Origin: Chrysomallon squamiferum
Lineage: Eukaryota; Animalia; Mollusca
Assembly: GCA_012295275.1 (NCBI GenBank)
Contig: CM022678.1
Location: 2,666,001 to 2,730,000 of the forward strand
Direction of reading: 5' to 3'
DNA: 64,000 nt
In this document: positions 44,268-57,419 of the stretch, one piece after another
How positions within the stretch are numbered: the first letter of the stretch is position 1
Layout: every line of letters begins with the position of its first letter
Program-made: the position numbers and the translations under genes
The notes under the pieces: model-generated
Seen by the model: only the letters and a program-made list of their open reading frames with translations
The model's database searches: none
Told to the model about the DNA's origin: nothing

Positions 44268-46454
44268 GAATATTAAAAGGAGATTTGATCACATGGAAAA
44301 TAATAATTAAAAGAGAAAAAGAAAAAAAAGAAATAGGCTATCTGAAAATGGTCCAAAGTAAGCAAAACATTTTATTTTTGCTGGGAAAATCTATCCCAAT
44401 TTTCTCTTTAATGTTTCTTGTGTGTTTCAGTTTTGTTTAAATTATAATTAAAAAACATTCACCTCTTTCTGAATGGTCAGTTTAACTTTGATTCTTTGAG
44501 AATGTGGCTCTGTCCAGACAAAACCTGCATCAATTAACTGAACCTGAAATTTTAAAGTAAGAAATAATATCACTCATTTTCATGACACACACACGCGTAC
44601 ACACACACACACACACACATATGCATCCACACACATATATACATATATACACACACACACACACCCAGAAACATACAAAAGGAAATTTCAAGGTTTTTGG
44701 GCCAAGTTACCCTAAATACCAATTTTAACAAAATTGGAGAGTGACAAAATGTCATCCTTTTTGCATTTTGACACGGAATGACCTCTAAACTTTGATTTCA
44801 TTTTTAACAGTGTTTTGTATATTGTAACTTTAATTCTAAATTAACTGTATTTCACAATCATGGACTGAGTTCGAGTCCATAGCTGGATATCTTATGTAAA
44901 AACACACATCCATCATTCCATGATCGCTTTCTTTTACAAAACATCAGTGTTTCATGAAGAACTTGTACTGCAGGTCTGTAACAGGAAAGACTCCAGCAAT
45001 TTTAACAAAGGCCTGGGACAAGAAGTAAATGTTAAAACATTAAGATGAGATTTTTCTAAAATTTATTTTGAAAAATTGTCAGACAAACCTTACTGAGACC
45101 CTTGAGTTTCTTGAGGCAGATTGACAAAAGTTCTCGAGATTCCAGCTGAGCTGAAATCCACATTGATGGTGGCTGAAGATATCTGAATTTAAAAATTGAA
45201 CAAGTTTTAATTGTGATAAAAACAATAAATAAATAAATAAATAAATAAATAAAAGCAAGCTACTGTATACAAAATAGATTTTGGCATGGAAAGTAATTTT
45301 CCAACTCAGATTTTCTTTTACATATTTGTGACTGTTTTGTCATCAATCCTTTTTGGCAAATGATGATTTCAGTTTCCCGTGATGTATAGTTTAAAAAGGC
45401 TAATTTAGCCCACTTTTTTCAACAAAGTATAATCAAGCATTCTTGTTGTGTTATGCACATGATTTCAATGACTGGTTAACTTGTTAAAAAAAAAGAATGC
45501 AACTGCAGGTAATAAGCTTTCTTCACAGCAGAAACTGACTGCTGTATTTTATCTTTTAATTACCCATACTCAACCAGAACATGAAAAATAATGAAATTTT
45601 AACTGAAAAAATACATTTTTAGGAAAATCATAACACATAATGATGCACTTCAGCTGCAACAGATATTTGCCTGAAATGTCAATCATTTAAAAAAAAAAAA
45701 AAAAACATTTAAAAAAAAGTATACGCAAATTATAATTTATACCTTCCGCATTTCTTACAAAAATACAGAACTGCTTGTTTTGGAATCCCTTCTGTGATGT
45801 CCACTTCAGTTCGCAGACATCCAACACACATATTGGTAGGATTTGGAGCAATGGATGTTCCACACTGACAACAAAGACTGAAAAAATAAATAAATATAAT
45901 CTGTGTTACTGAGAAAACTAAATATATTATAAAAAATACTGATTAGCTGATACATCATGATCATACATACAGTGATACATGCACCCCAAATGTATATATT
46001 AAAAAAAAAAAAAAAAAATACTCAAGAGGTATCTTAATCAGGGAATCATAATCAGTTAATGTTTCTTAATTGTTATTTCTTCATAATTATTTAATTATAA
46101 ATAACAGCTGATGCTGAATTGTCAGTCCTCAAGTTGCAAGAACTAAAATTTCAACAATTCCAGCATCTCTGTGTTGTGTTAACTAGTAGATGTATGATAA
46201 TTTCAGAATGAGTTACGTTAATTCACGATTATGAAGAATAAAACACTACAACTTCAATTTATAATTATAATTATGCCATTTATGGTATTTAAAATTACAA
46301 TACATTATGATTTCTTATATAATAAATAAATAATAATACAATTTTTTCGCTACCACAAAATGATGTTATTTACAGTTTTCCTTACTTTTAATTAACTATA
46401 AAAATAAACTTACATAGTATTTGTTGACAGTGGTACTTCTCCGATATATTCCAT
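36358..46454 (-). CDS. NMD3: 60S ribosomal export protein NMD3 (multi-exon; exon 10 not intact in this sequence)
   Basis: Exons: 46414-46454 (MEYIGEV), 45743-45877 (LCCQCG..NPTNMCVGCLR), 45089-45182, 44463-44543 (IDAGFVWTEPHSQRIKVKLTIQKE), 43823-43951 (MCDDCHRVEAKDFW), 43144-43234 (HKKTFFYLEQLILKH), 42563-42641, 42085-42181, 41254-41371, [remnant ~39715-39770], 38917-39032 (RTHLGHLL), 38406-38478, 37690-37796, 37135-37205 (DFLEDLEED), 36358-36497 (ISLQEMLEDLHI NES). Confidence 0.95.
38269..38385. repeat. Two-copy ~60 bp intronic tandem duplication
   Basis: ggaagttaaacat.cttttacaagctgttttgtcatctaacactcaactgaaca occurs twice. Confidence 0.85.
39860..40483. repeat. ~48 bp minisatellite, about 13 copies
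   Basis: Unit aaagtgttaacatctagatataaacgatataaaattcagagttattga, head-to-tail with no spacers. Confidence 0.92.
41879..42097. repeat. 39 bp tandem repeat containing copies of the NMD3 exon 8 splice donor
   Basis: Unit ctctgtaatatgatgattattttaccttacagatagaca x5, plus the native site. On the minus strand each copy reads CTATCTGTAAG|GTAAAAT. Confidence 0.9.
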
Positions 46455-46900
46455 GTTTCGTACTCTTAAATGAAGACTGAAATCTAAAAGAACATCAAAT
46501 TAGTGAAAACAAATAAAATGAACATGTGCTACATGTTAGGCAACTTTCCATACGTCACAAACTCATTTAGAATTATCTCCCCTGTCACAAGAGGGAAAAT
46601 AAAGAAAACTTCTAATTGAAAATCGAAAAATTGTATAAATTTTATATTAGTGGAGACAACTTTTAGTTTATATTCAAAATTACTTAACTAAATAAGCTAT
46701 TAATAAATGATTAATAAATTTCTGATTAATTTAAATTGAATAAAATTTTGGATTTCTACACAGTCCCACTGTTTCAAACAAGGGGACATAACTAGAATGG
46801 ATTTTGGAGTTTCTATCAGTGAAATGTAGTAACCCGACAATTGAGGTTTTCACGTGTTCCGAAAATCGAATAACTTGTACTTTTTAGCTTCAGTAAGTTT
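46455..46900. promoter_or_regulatory. Probable bidirectional promoter shared by NMD3 and TIMM29
   Basis: Head-to-head genes. Plus-strand donor ttca|gtaagt near 46891 and acceptor tttaag| at 47656 suggest a non-coding first TIMM29 exon. Inverted motif pair aattatctcccctg (46571-46584) and caaggggacataact (46779-46793). Confidence 0.55.
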
Positions 46901-47682
46901 ATTCAATTCATATATTTGAACAGTTCATAATTATAATTGTAATTCAGGGAAGTAATTATATTGCATTGAATATTATCATATTTGAGTATCTGTTTACGAT
47001 TTACAATCATTTAGCATTAGATGAAAAGTCATTTTGATCAATTCAGTCAATCATCAATCATCAATGTCATCAATAACCGTAAACAAATCAACTCAGTGAA
47101 ATCAACACTGTTTATATTTTTAATACTGAAATACTTTTTAAAAGTCAACAGGGTAAATGAACCTTTGGATGTAGCCAAATTATAGCAAACTAACTATAAT
47201 TATTGAAAATAATAAAATGTAATCTTTTTTATACCTTATAAGTTAGATTTAGACCAAGGCTTGGTAAAAGTTAGTTACCAATGTTTTCTTTTTCTTTCTT
47301 TCATTTTATATTATATTTTTTTTTTTTTTTTTTAAATCATTTTAATTGCCTTTTTATTATGTAAGAATAAATTTTGTTTATTTGTTTATTTATTCTAGAA
47401 TGTCAACAAATTGCTAACAACACTACATCTTGAGCAAACCAAGATCTTGAATTCAGTCATTAATAATTGGATATCTATCACCAAAAAAAAGGTGCCATAA
47501 AAATTTAAAATCCAAAAACTTCTAACTGGAGGTGTCAGATGACTTCTCAAGACATGAAGTTAAAGATTTTCTGTCTTTATCAGTTCTGGTTTAACTTAAT
47601 GAAAAGTGTAATGTTTATGTCGCTGTGAATCTGGTTTATTTTCTTCTAATTTAAGGATCACTTAGCAACAGAGCCGTCCACT

Positions 47683-48291
47683 ATGTTTTGTTCCAGAAGT
47701 ATTTCGTTTTTGAATCGAACTTTGACCTCTCAGAGAACTCGACATTTGAGTCTTGAGCGACTGAAAGGAGGCCGAATCGAAAGAATGACAAACTACTTGT
47801 TAAACATTTTAAACGACTACAAACTGGCAGTTGTGGAGGTAGGAAACGACATGAAAAGTCGACCAGTTAAGGCAGGAGTCTACCTCGGTATTCTCGGAGT
47901 TATCACCTTTCTCGTGAAGACCAAGCCCTCAGCTGAAAGCTACAATGCAGACGCCATTGAAAAAGCTCACGACCTCATGCTTATCGGTGATCCGATTCGA
48001 AGCAAGCGGTCTGATGCGTTTGTCAGAGACGTGGTTTCCTCTCACAAAGATGGCAAGCTTCGTTTTCTTAACTTGGGGATCTGCAGGGTTGTCTGGAAAT
48101 CAGACTACAGTTCCTGGCTGAAGCTGTATGACGCTCAGTGTAAATATCTGAAACCACGGTGGTCAGATATTCACAAATATGTTGTGGATGTTGGGGTGCT
48201 TGGTCAGTGGATCTACCTGAATCAGGCCATGGAGGATTACGATATTAATGAAGATGAATGGAAAGATGTGAAATCTTCAAGTGCTTCATAA
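47683..48291 (+). CDS. TIMM29: Mitochondrial import inner membrane translocase subunit Tim29
   Basis: 202 aa. Basic N-terminal presequence, one TM segment (AGVYLGILGVITFLV), and family motifs DY..P.KA, IRS, LRFLNLG, YDAQCKYL, VVDVGVLGQWIYL...MEDYDINEDEW. Confidence 0.88.
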   Translation: MFCSRSISFLNRTLTSQRTRHLSLERLKGGRIERMTNYLLNILNDYKLAVVEVGNDMKSRPVKAGVYLGILGVITFLVKTKPSAESYNADAIEKAHDLMLIGDPIRSKRSDAFVRDVVSSHKDGKLRFLNLGICRVVWKSDYSSWLKLYDAQCKYLKPRWSDIHKYVVDVGVLGQWIYLNQAMEDYDINEDEWKDVKSSSAS

Positions 48292-49082
48292 TATAAAGTC
48301 AAACAATTTATACACATACACATACAGACACAGTCACCCAGAGACACAAAATATACACATACTGCAACATACATACATACCTACATACATACATATTCAT
48401 ACAAACATGTGTTTACATGCACACACACACAAACAAACATTCATACATACATTTTTACATACACATACATTATTGTTTAATATAAAGGATATAAATCTGT
48501 TGAATATCTGAATATATGTGTACATGATATGTGCTAGTGTATATTTTTTTATGTGTTTATTGAAATTCATGTGCATGTAAATGCTGTTTTAAACTGACAG
48601 TTTCATAAAAAAAAACCTGCTTAAGTTGTAAGAAAGATTAACAAAATAAATCTTTGTACAAATATTAAAACACTGTCTTTGAATGTCTTCTAAAAACCCC
48701 AACTCTAGAGCCTTTTGTTTAAACCCAATAAAAAGGTTCAGGTACAATGTTTGAGAAAAATCAAAAGCAGTATTCATATTTATTGCAGTTATCTTAACAT
48801 TATGATAAATTTGTCTAATGAACATCTGTGATAACTTTAATTACAAAGAATGGATTAAAGTAATCATTCCACAAAACTAAAATAAATAATTTTTGCAAAA
48901 TTTATTTTTCAGACAACTGGCATATCCTTTATTAAACCAGTATTGTAAAATAAAGTTAGTATAAAAATGCAAAACTCACACAGACTGTTTATTCCTGTTT
49001 TTGTTACAAAGACAATAAATAACATAACAAAAATACTGTTAATTTCTTCAAGTATTCCTCACATGTTCAGATCTAACAAAAC

Positions 49083-49119
<37 letters not shown>

Positions 49120-49456
49120 AAAAGAGGCCAGGATGTTATAGATGTACCAGTGGAATGTAAATTATTAAAACTTTTGTTATCAAAATATAACGTAATTTTC
49201 TTTCAGCAAGTACTAACAACTATCATTTGGTTGTACATACACACGCTACAAAAAGAAAAAAAAAGAAACCCAAGACACCTGATCATAAAATCACCAACAA
49301 GAATTCTTTGGATATATTTGAATCGACCTAAATAGTGACGTGACAGCTTTTCAGGGCAAATACAAATTGGGTAAATTGACACTCAACAACCCAATACTTT
49401 TAAATTTTAAGTTTGTTTTTTTTAAATTATTTTGGTTTTTTTTTTTGTTTAAAACT

Positions 49457-50467
49457 TCACTGAGGATAAGGAGACGAGTCAGTGAATGCTGCAGAGTCTC
49501 GAGATCCAGACCTGAAATCGGGGTACAAGGTGGCGGAACTGAACCCAGAAACAGTCGACGTGTCGTCCATGGGTTGTGCTGGCGTCTGAGAAGTTTTCGG
49601 CATCACTGGGTTACTTGGGTATACCCCAGAATCCGGGAAAGTCGTAGGCGGGTAAACGATTTCTGGTAAGCCAGAAGGTGGGTACCCTATGGGTGGGTAA
49701 TTTGGTTTCAGGACGTTCCATGTTTCCGGATATCCGCTTTTCGGATAGAAATCTGAACTTGCGGATGACGTCAGAGTAGACGTTGTGCGGATTGATTCGT
49801 CAGTGACGTCGGAGAGACTCGAGAGAGACGACGTGAAGCATTCAGAGTCTGAGAGAGAATTTTGCGATTCTGACGCTTTAGCTGATGTGTTCGAGCTTTC
49901 AGACTGTCTGGAGCTATATCTGTGAAAACTGTCTTCATAATCCAAACTTTCACCGAAGCTTTCTGTTAAAACGTCCTCTGTATCTGTCTCGAAGGTCAGT
50001 TTAGAATCTACATTCCGTGTTCTTGAGTCGCCACTTCGTAAAATTCCGGTAAGTTTCGGACTCGTCACGTGATTTATGGGTGTGTTAGACAATCGAGTCT
50101 GCACAGTTTTATCTGCAGCTCTAACCTCGCCTTTTCGTGTTTCCGAGTTTGTATCGGTGACAGAACTATTTTCAAGAGCATAAATCGAATCCTCCCTAAC
50201 TAAACGGTAGTCTTTGATCTGTAATTTAGTAATCTGTTCCTCCAGTTTGTTGCCATTGTCTCTATTTATAAGACCGTAGTCTTGATCTTCAAGATTTTGG
50301 GGTTTACGAATGATGAGGTTTCTGCTAGTGGTTATTTCTGTGGATTCAGCTAAAAATTCTTCTTTGTTTTCATCTCTGGATATCTGGGCAACGGGAAGGC
50401 TGTTGGCATAAGAAAACTTAAGGAATGTCACATCTTTTCTAGGCCGTTCACAATTTAGAGATGACAT
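49457..50467 (-). CDS. Uncharacterised Ser/Thr/Pro-rich protein, 336 aa, single coding exon
   Basis: 1011 nt uninterrupted ORF with coding-like GC content in an AT-rich background. Upstream acceptor attttcag| at about 50521. No recognisable domain. Confidence 0.65.
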   Translation of the reverse strand: MSSLNCERPRKDVTFLKFSYANSLPVAQISRDENKEEFLAESTEITTSRNLIIRKPQNLEDQDYGLINRDNGNKLEEQITKLQIKDYRLVREDSIYALENSSVTDTNSETRKGEVRAADKTVQTRLSNTPINHVTSPKLTGILRSGDSRTRNVDSKLTFETDTEDVLTESFGESLDYEDSFHRYSSRQSESSNTSAKASESQNSLSDSECFTSSLSSLSDVTDESIRTTSTLTSSASSDFYPKSGYPETWNVLKPNYPPIGYPPSGLPEIVYPPTTFPDSGVYPSNPVMPKTSQTPAQPMDDTSTVSGFSSATLYPDFRSGSRDSAAFTDSSPYPQ

Positions 50468-50728
50468 TTTTCTCAGTACTCTTTACAGGATGGTCTCCAT
50501 ACATATCATCGCTTGTAAGCCTGAAAATATTGTAAACATCTTTTGCCGTTAGTTTTATCGTTAATACTTTTCGCATACTTTCAAAATGGCCTGTCTTCAC
50601 GAAACAAGCTTATTCCGTTTCTCGTTTCTTGTGTTCTGTAAATGAAATTTAAAGATTTTAAATAGCACACGTCAGGCAAGATGATTTTAAGATATGGTAC
50701 AGTCTGAAAAACTATAAACCCAACGCCT

Positions 50729-50791
<63 letters not shown>

Positions 50792-51394
50792 TTCGTGAAA
50801 AGAGGACAAAATGATTATTTTATTGTTCCAAATGATATGAATCTGTGACTATATGTACTGCCTCATTCTATTCAATAGTGTTGTATTGTGTGTTGTTACG
50901 TTCTGTTGCGTTGTGATGTGCTGTGATGTGTTGTGATGCGCTGTGATGTGCTGTGATCTGCTGTGATGCGCTGTGATGTGTTGTGCTGTGTCGTGCTGTT
51001 GCGTCATGTGACGTTATGTTCTAATCTAGTTTTATCTGAAGTCTTCTGATTTAATTTATATTTTATTTCATTTTTATTTTATTTATTTGTTTAGTTATAC
51101 ATTTGTTCGTTCGTTTATGTATTTCTTTCATTCAGACCTCCTGCCTCTCTCTCTCTAATTTTTTTATTTTTATTTCTTTTTTTGATTTTTGACATAATCA
51201 TCTAAGATATAATTTATGACGCAGATTATCAGTATAATCCATTTATTTATATACCAAATATTTAATTATTTACAATTTACAGTAAGTCATATTCACTATT
51301 TATATTTCACTGTTATCTTTCAAAACCACCCCAACCCCCCAAAAAAAAAAAACAACTAAAAAAAATGATTTAAAATAAATAAATAAATGTTAAC

Positions 51395-51441
<47 letters not shown>

Positions 51442-51486
51442 CAATTAAAACTTATAAGGAACTGAGTAATATAATTAAACTTTGAA

Positions 51487-51528
<42 letters not shown>

Positions 51529-52258
51529 ATGAATTTATGTGTTTCTGTTTGTGTATGTGTCAGTGAAATTGTGTGTATATCTGTGTTTGTGTGAATATGA
51601 GTGGGTGGGGGTGAATATGTGTGTGTTACTGTGTTTGTGTGAATGAATGTGTGTGTGTCTCTGTGTATGTGTGTGTGTGTGTGTTCCAACAATGTACAAA
51701 CAAAACAGAACTAAGAGATTCCAAATAAATAAATAAATAAAATAAAATAAAATAAAATATAATAAAACAAAGGAACAAAAGCAGCTGTAGCAAACGAAAA
51801 ACTCTAAAATTACAAAAGTGTATTATCCACACAAGCGACTTTACGAGCCATATTTCAGCACACAGACATTTTAACTTCAGTAATCGAAAGTCATAAACGA
51901 ACTAGATAGAACCACGCCAGAGAAAAAAGTACTTAAAAAAAACACAACTATACCTCTTTCATTGACACTGCGTAAAAGTATTTTCTAATATCCTTTAGTA
52001 AGCGACAAAATGTCAAAGAATGGATTCTACGGAAAAAAAAAAAAAGTATGCCGTAAAACACCTAATAGAGCGGTATGCACTGTCTTCATATCCACAGGAA
52101 TTTACATACAGCGTCATTATAGAGTTCTCGAGCAGTTTAAAACTTTGACGCATTCTTATCTAAGAATTATACAAATGATCTGTACAAAGAATGAGAGAAG
52201 AAATAGCACTTGTTATCGAAAATAAATAAATAAATAAATAAAAAAATAAAAACAAATT

Positions 52259-52303
<45 letters not shown>

Positions 52304-52358
52304 CTAAACAACAATAACAAGCAAAAACAATTGTTTATTTTACTTTATTTTATTTGTC

Positions 52359-52418
<60 letters not shown>

Positions 52419-53329
52419 TTGTAACGAACTAATACAAACATAAACATTAAAACCTACTGAGGTGTCATTCGGCAAGTAGTTACCAATTTAAAAAATAAAA
52501 ATAAATTAAATAATAAATGAATAAATAAATAAATAAACAGTACATTATATCGCATGGTTTACGGTAACGCTGTACCGGGTAATTTTTATCGCAACGTTTA
52601 AGCTATTCACACAAACAAAACCCGTCTACGCTTCGCGGGAAGCACATAAATAAAAATATGAATTCAGACTGTTTTGTTTTGTTCTGTACGTAACCATAAA
52701 CTACAACCTGACACAATCAACTGAATGGTAATACAACACGGCCTCAAATAACATTTTATATTTTTAATTTTTTTTGACCCCCGCCATTGTTCTCATTTAC
52801 GTCTGCTCTCGAATGTCGATCAACCACTTGGCCGATAACTGGAATCAGTCTCTTGTGTTTGAACGTTTTTGTTTTTGTAAAACAAGAAGACCTGCGTTAG
52901 GTAAGTAACGGAACCAACAGACACGCTGTATGTGTCAGTTTAATAAAATAAAAATATTATGTAGGATTAAGTTTTGCCCTGGTATCCGTGTAACGGCATG
53001 TCACGCGAGATTTCAGATTAGTTTAGCAATGTTAGTCGCTTTGACCTTTAACCTCGGACGTGCTCCTTTATATAGAATATGTTTAGAACTAGTAATATTA
53101 GTTAATACGTGTTTATACAATCGGATTTACAATGTCACACGTTTTTGTATGATGATGAAGTGACACATACACAAACAATAAGGATGTCCCTGGTGATCAC
53201 GGATTTTAGTCAGGAAAACGTAAACCAAAGCCTTTGTTTTGAATCATGATTTCAGAAAACTGAAGAATAGTAGTGTTGTTATGTGTATGAGTGAGAAAAA
53301 AGATGGAAGGAGGTCAGAAGTGGAGATAT

Positions 53330-53399
<70 letters not shown>

Positions 53400-53681
53400 A
53401 CTCTATTTGTTGTATTGTCATATGGGATGTTGTTGGAAATATTTTAACAAACAATACTAATTTATTTCTTTTTCAAAATGTACACATAAAAATCTAGAAG
53501 AAAAATCCATTAATATTTGATAGAAATATTGCCGATGATTATTTTGTTACAAAGAACAACACAACCTTTCTAAATAACAAATTATATAACTTATTAACGT
53601 GGTAAAGCACGACAAAAATACGACTTGTTAATTCTGTGAAATCTCCAATTTTCTGTTTGCAGACGACATGAAAAAGCGGAA

Positions 53682-54220
53682 ATGAATTCACATTCAAGAA
53701 GCACGTGGCACGTGCGTCACCCTGAGCAGCCATTTGGCGAACACGCTGGTGTCTACCTCTTTCCCAACGGCGTCTACGCCATTCTGTACAGCGGCGACAT
53801 CACTAAAGCAATTGCAGATGCCGTCGTCAGCGAGGAGCCAGCCGACCTCAATCCCACCAACTTCGTCGCGCGCGCTCTGTTGACGAAAAGTGGCGAAACG
53901 TACCGACTGGACAGGTGGGATTTGATCAGAAGTTACGGCGAACTGAAATACGGACAAGTGTACGAGACGAGGGCGGGTTCAGGGGTGGACTTCTTCTACA
54001 CGTTTCACGCCATTGTCACCACCTTTCAAGAAGGGAGGGAAAAAGAATGGCTGCGCTGTTCTCACGACCTCTACAAAAATATTGTTAGGCGAGCAGACGA
54101 CAAATTATCCACCACGATGGCCATGCCTCTCCTTGGAACAGGTATAAAAAAAACAACCTGTTACTGATAACAGAAACAATAATTAAAATGACGGTGAAGA
54201 TGATATTAGAAACAACCACT

Positions 54221-54259
<39 letters not shown>

Positions 54260-55769
54260 ACACACACACACACACGAACACACATACGTACAAGGTTTCA
54301 CATTTTGCTCTGTACATCAAATTACGTTCAGCCGACGGAGATTGTCCAAATCTTGATTTGGTGGTAAGTGATGTTATTTATCTGGGAAGATGTACGTGCA
54401 TGGAAGTTGGACAAGGAAAGATGGCAGCATTTTTTTTTTTTTTTTTTTATGTTCGCACCCCCACCCGTTTTTCAGAGTCATCGATTTAGACGATACTTTT
54501 AGACTGTTTTGAATTGCTAAATCAATATTCATGCATTTTTTCCTTACACTAGGTTCTGGCGGAGCTCCAACTCACTACGCTGCTGACGCCTTCGTTCAGT
54601 GCATGTCCAGTATCTACCCCAGATTTCTCAAGAAAATTTTCGTCATTAACGTTGACCCGAACGTCACCGCCGAACTGAAATCAGCGTGCTCTAAGTTCAT
54701 TCACCAGCTCAGTGTTCGAGCGAGACTGGCCAGACCCGTTCTGACGGAAAGAGCCGGGATGTTGAGATCTACCAGACCCAGCGACGCGTCCGCTAAAACT
54801 GCCAGAGTTGTTGATGATTCTTCAGACGTGGCGAAGAAAAGCGCTGTTCCAGGAGGAGCGAAGTCGGAGACGGACGATTGGAAGCGGAGAGTCTCGTTCA
54901 GAGACGATGCCCAGAGTCCGGACGAGGACTGGTCAACGCCTCTTCGGACACTGAGAGAGAGAAGATTGGCTAGAAGCTACGATGGCTCGGGATTTCGTGA
55001 TCTGAGCAGCACCCGCGTCAACGACAGGTTTAAAGAAATTCCTTTTGGTGCCATGAGAAGCGCTCTGAAGAGTCCCCGACCAGAACCGGCTCGATTGGGG
55101 AGCTTGACCTCGAGGCGGGAGAAAAGTTCTGCAGACGTCAAACTAAAAGCGAAAACCCCTTTAAAAACTGTCAGAAATGAAGACGATGATTCAAACAAAA
55201 TTTCAGACCAGATTCAGAGAAAACGATCAGTAACTCCCCGTGCCCGAGATACCCCCGATCATGCCTGGGATGATCCCGAACCGGATCATCCTCCCGGTAA
55301 AAAACACCCGCCTCCAACTCGAAGCAGACGGCACCGGTTTTTACTCGGTAACTCGAAATCCGACAAATCCGAACTGTCTTCTGGTAGAAGCGACCCAACG
55401 AGGTCGTCGGGCAGATTTCCAGAAACTTTCAGAGAAAATCCAGCCAGATTCGTGGATGTCGATGAATGGTACAGAAGTAACGAAGATCACCCGAGGGCGC
55501 TGACGAAGGAAACCGAGTACGGAGTTTCTGGAAAGTTCGCTAGGAAACCCAGAAGGCGGAGCCTGACAAAAAGAGGCGTTCCCACGAGAGATGTGATTGA
55601 CTTGTCACGTTGGGAGACTGTTTATCCAAAACTGAGACCCAAGAGAAAGTCCCTGATTGGGGGACACGTGTGGCTGTCGGAGGCTGTAAATCTGAACACT
55701 GCGCATGACTCGGACGATTTCTACAGCGGGTCAGACAGCGGGAACGAGACCGACGACGAACTCACGTGA
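53682..55769 (+). CDS. Macrodomain protein with long basic/acidic disordered C-terminus (~558 aa)
   Basis: Exons 53682-54141 and 54553-55769 joined by a phase-1 GT-AG intron. Macro motifs GDITKAIADAVV, FHA, TMAMPLLGTG|SGG, LKKIFVIN. Likely non-coding first exon with donor at 52900 (ttag|gtaagt). Confidence 0.82.
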
Positions 55770-55901
55770 TTTAACTGTTGACAGTGAAACATTCACTGGT
55801 TTAGAGAATCAGTACAAAGATCTCACATACACAATTTGCTAATTAGCTAGGATTATTATTATACTGTTGTTATAATTTTAATTATTATTATTATTATTAT
55901 T

Positions 55902-55934
<33 letters not shown>

Positions 55935-56849
55935 AATACTATCTACAGTAACACTTCAATGTTATACATAATCCATCTTTATACATATTCTTTCACACAC
56001 ACGTATACCTACTTCCACATATACATACCTTCAAACAGACACATACATACAGATGTACATACATACATATACACAGAAACGCTACTGACTCTCCACTAAA
56101 CAGCAGAGTTTTGAAGTTCACAACGAGGTAGAAACCAGAAAATATTGTAGTAGGAGAAAACGTTTGATATCAAAAGGTATAAAAATACGTAGTCATTCAT
56201 TAAACAAAAAACAAAAACAAAAAAAAATGTTATCGAGGAAAAGTTAGTTTAATGTTTAATTATTTCTTTAAAAAAAAAGTCAGTTGATGCAGATAATGTT
56301 ACCGATGTGGTCCAGTTATCATCGTCACATGTGGAGGAGGATGCCGTAGATGCCGGTGTTAAGGAATATTTATTGCCCCTAATATTTGCTTCCCCGAGCG
56401 AACGAATATCTATCTGTTCCTCCCCATAAATATTTGTTCCCCCAGTCCTTGGAGGAACCAATAATGTGACTATAATGATGATTCTATTTTGTTGTTGCTG
56501 TTGTGTATTTTATTTTTATTTATTATTATTATTTACTTATTTTTACCTTACGTATATATATATATATATATACACACAATAAACGTGGACAGAACATACC
56601 ATCGGCTTCACTGAACGCAGATTTATTTTTTTATTTCCCACTAATTAAGACTTTTTTTCTTTTTCATTTGCCATCGTGTTCGATAATGACGCTTAACAAG
56701 AATAAGCAGATAGCAACATACACGCAGACACACACAAGTACAATTACGATAGTTTTAGTTTTATACTGTTATTCGTTCATACTATCATAAATAAAAAATA
56801 AAAAAGAGTCAGAGAAACAAAGAAAATAATAATAATAAAAGTAAATACA

Positions 56850-56888
<39 letters not shown>

Positions 56889-57368
56889 AAGAAAGAAAGA
56901 AGAAAAAACCACAGACAAATGAAACCTGCAGTAAGGAGCTTTTCACAGAGTATTAAAATTATGAAAATTATTTGGAACATGGATGAGCGCCTGTTAATTT
57001 GATACCAGATATTATTATTTTTATTTTATATTATTTTAATATTCTCATTTTTTGTCCGAGGGTCAAACTCACTGAAATCACTCTTTTGGCATTATTAGCA
57101 GGCTTCAGTTCATCGACTCAAAACCGGATATCTTGAAGGAAAGTAGTTCATGCTTTGGCGCGAAAAATTTGATTGGTCAGTTTTCACGAATCTCGTTTAT
57201 GTTATTTACGGCACACAACGATAAAATGAATAAAATGAATAAAATAATGTAATTAAATGCTACATGCAGTTTTACAAGTGCACTATTAAAACACATTATA
57301 CAAGTAAAATCATAAATAAATTTTGTAGCCATATCGTATTTTATTTTTTTATCTTTTTAAAACCTGAT

Positions 57369-57419
57369 TTCCCGGAATTTTTCTTTCGGGGAATTCCAGA
57401 AAAATTTCCTTTCTGTTTC
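57369..57419 (+). promoter_or_regulatory. Cluster of STAT (GAS), NF-kB and IRF (ISRE-like) motifs
   Basis: TTCCCGGAA 57369-57377, TTCGGGGAA 57385-57393, GGGGAATTCC 57388-57397, and TTTCCTTTCTGTTTC 57405-57419 (reverse complement GAAACAGAAAGGAAA). Confidence 0.6.
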
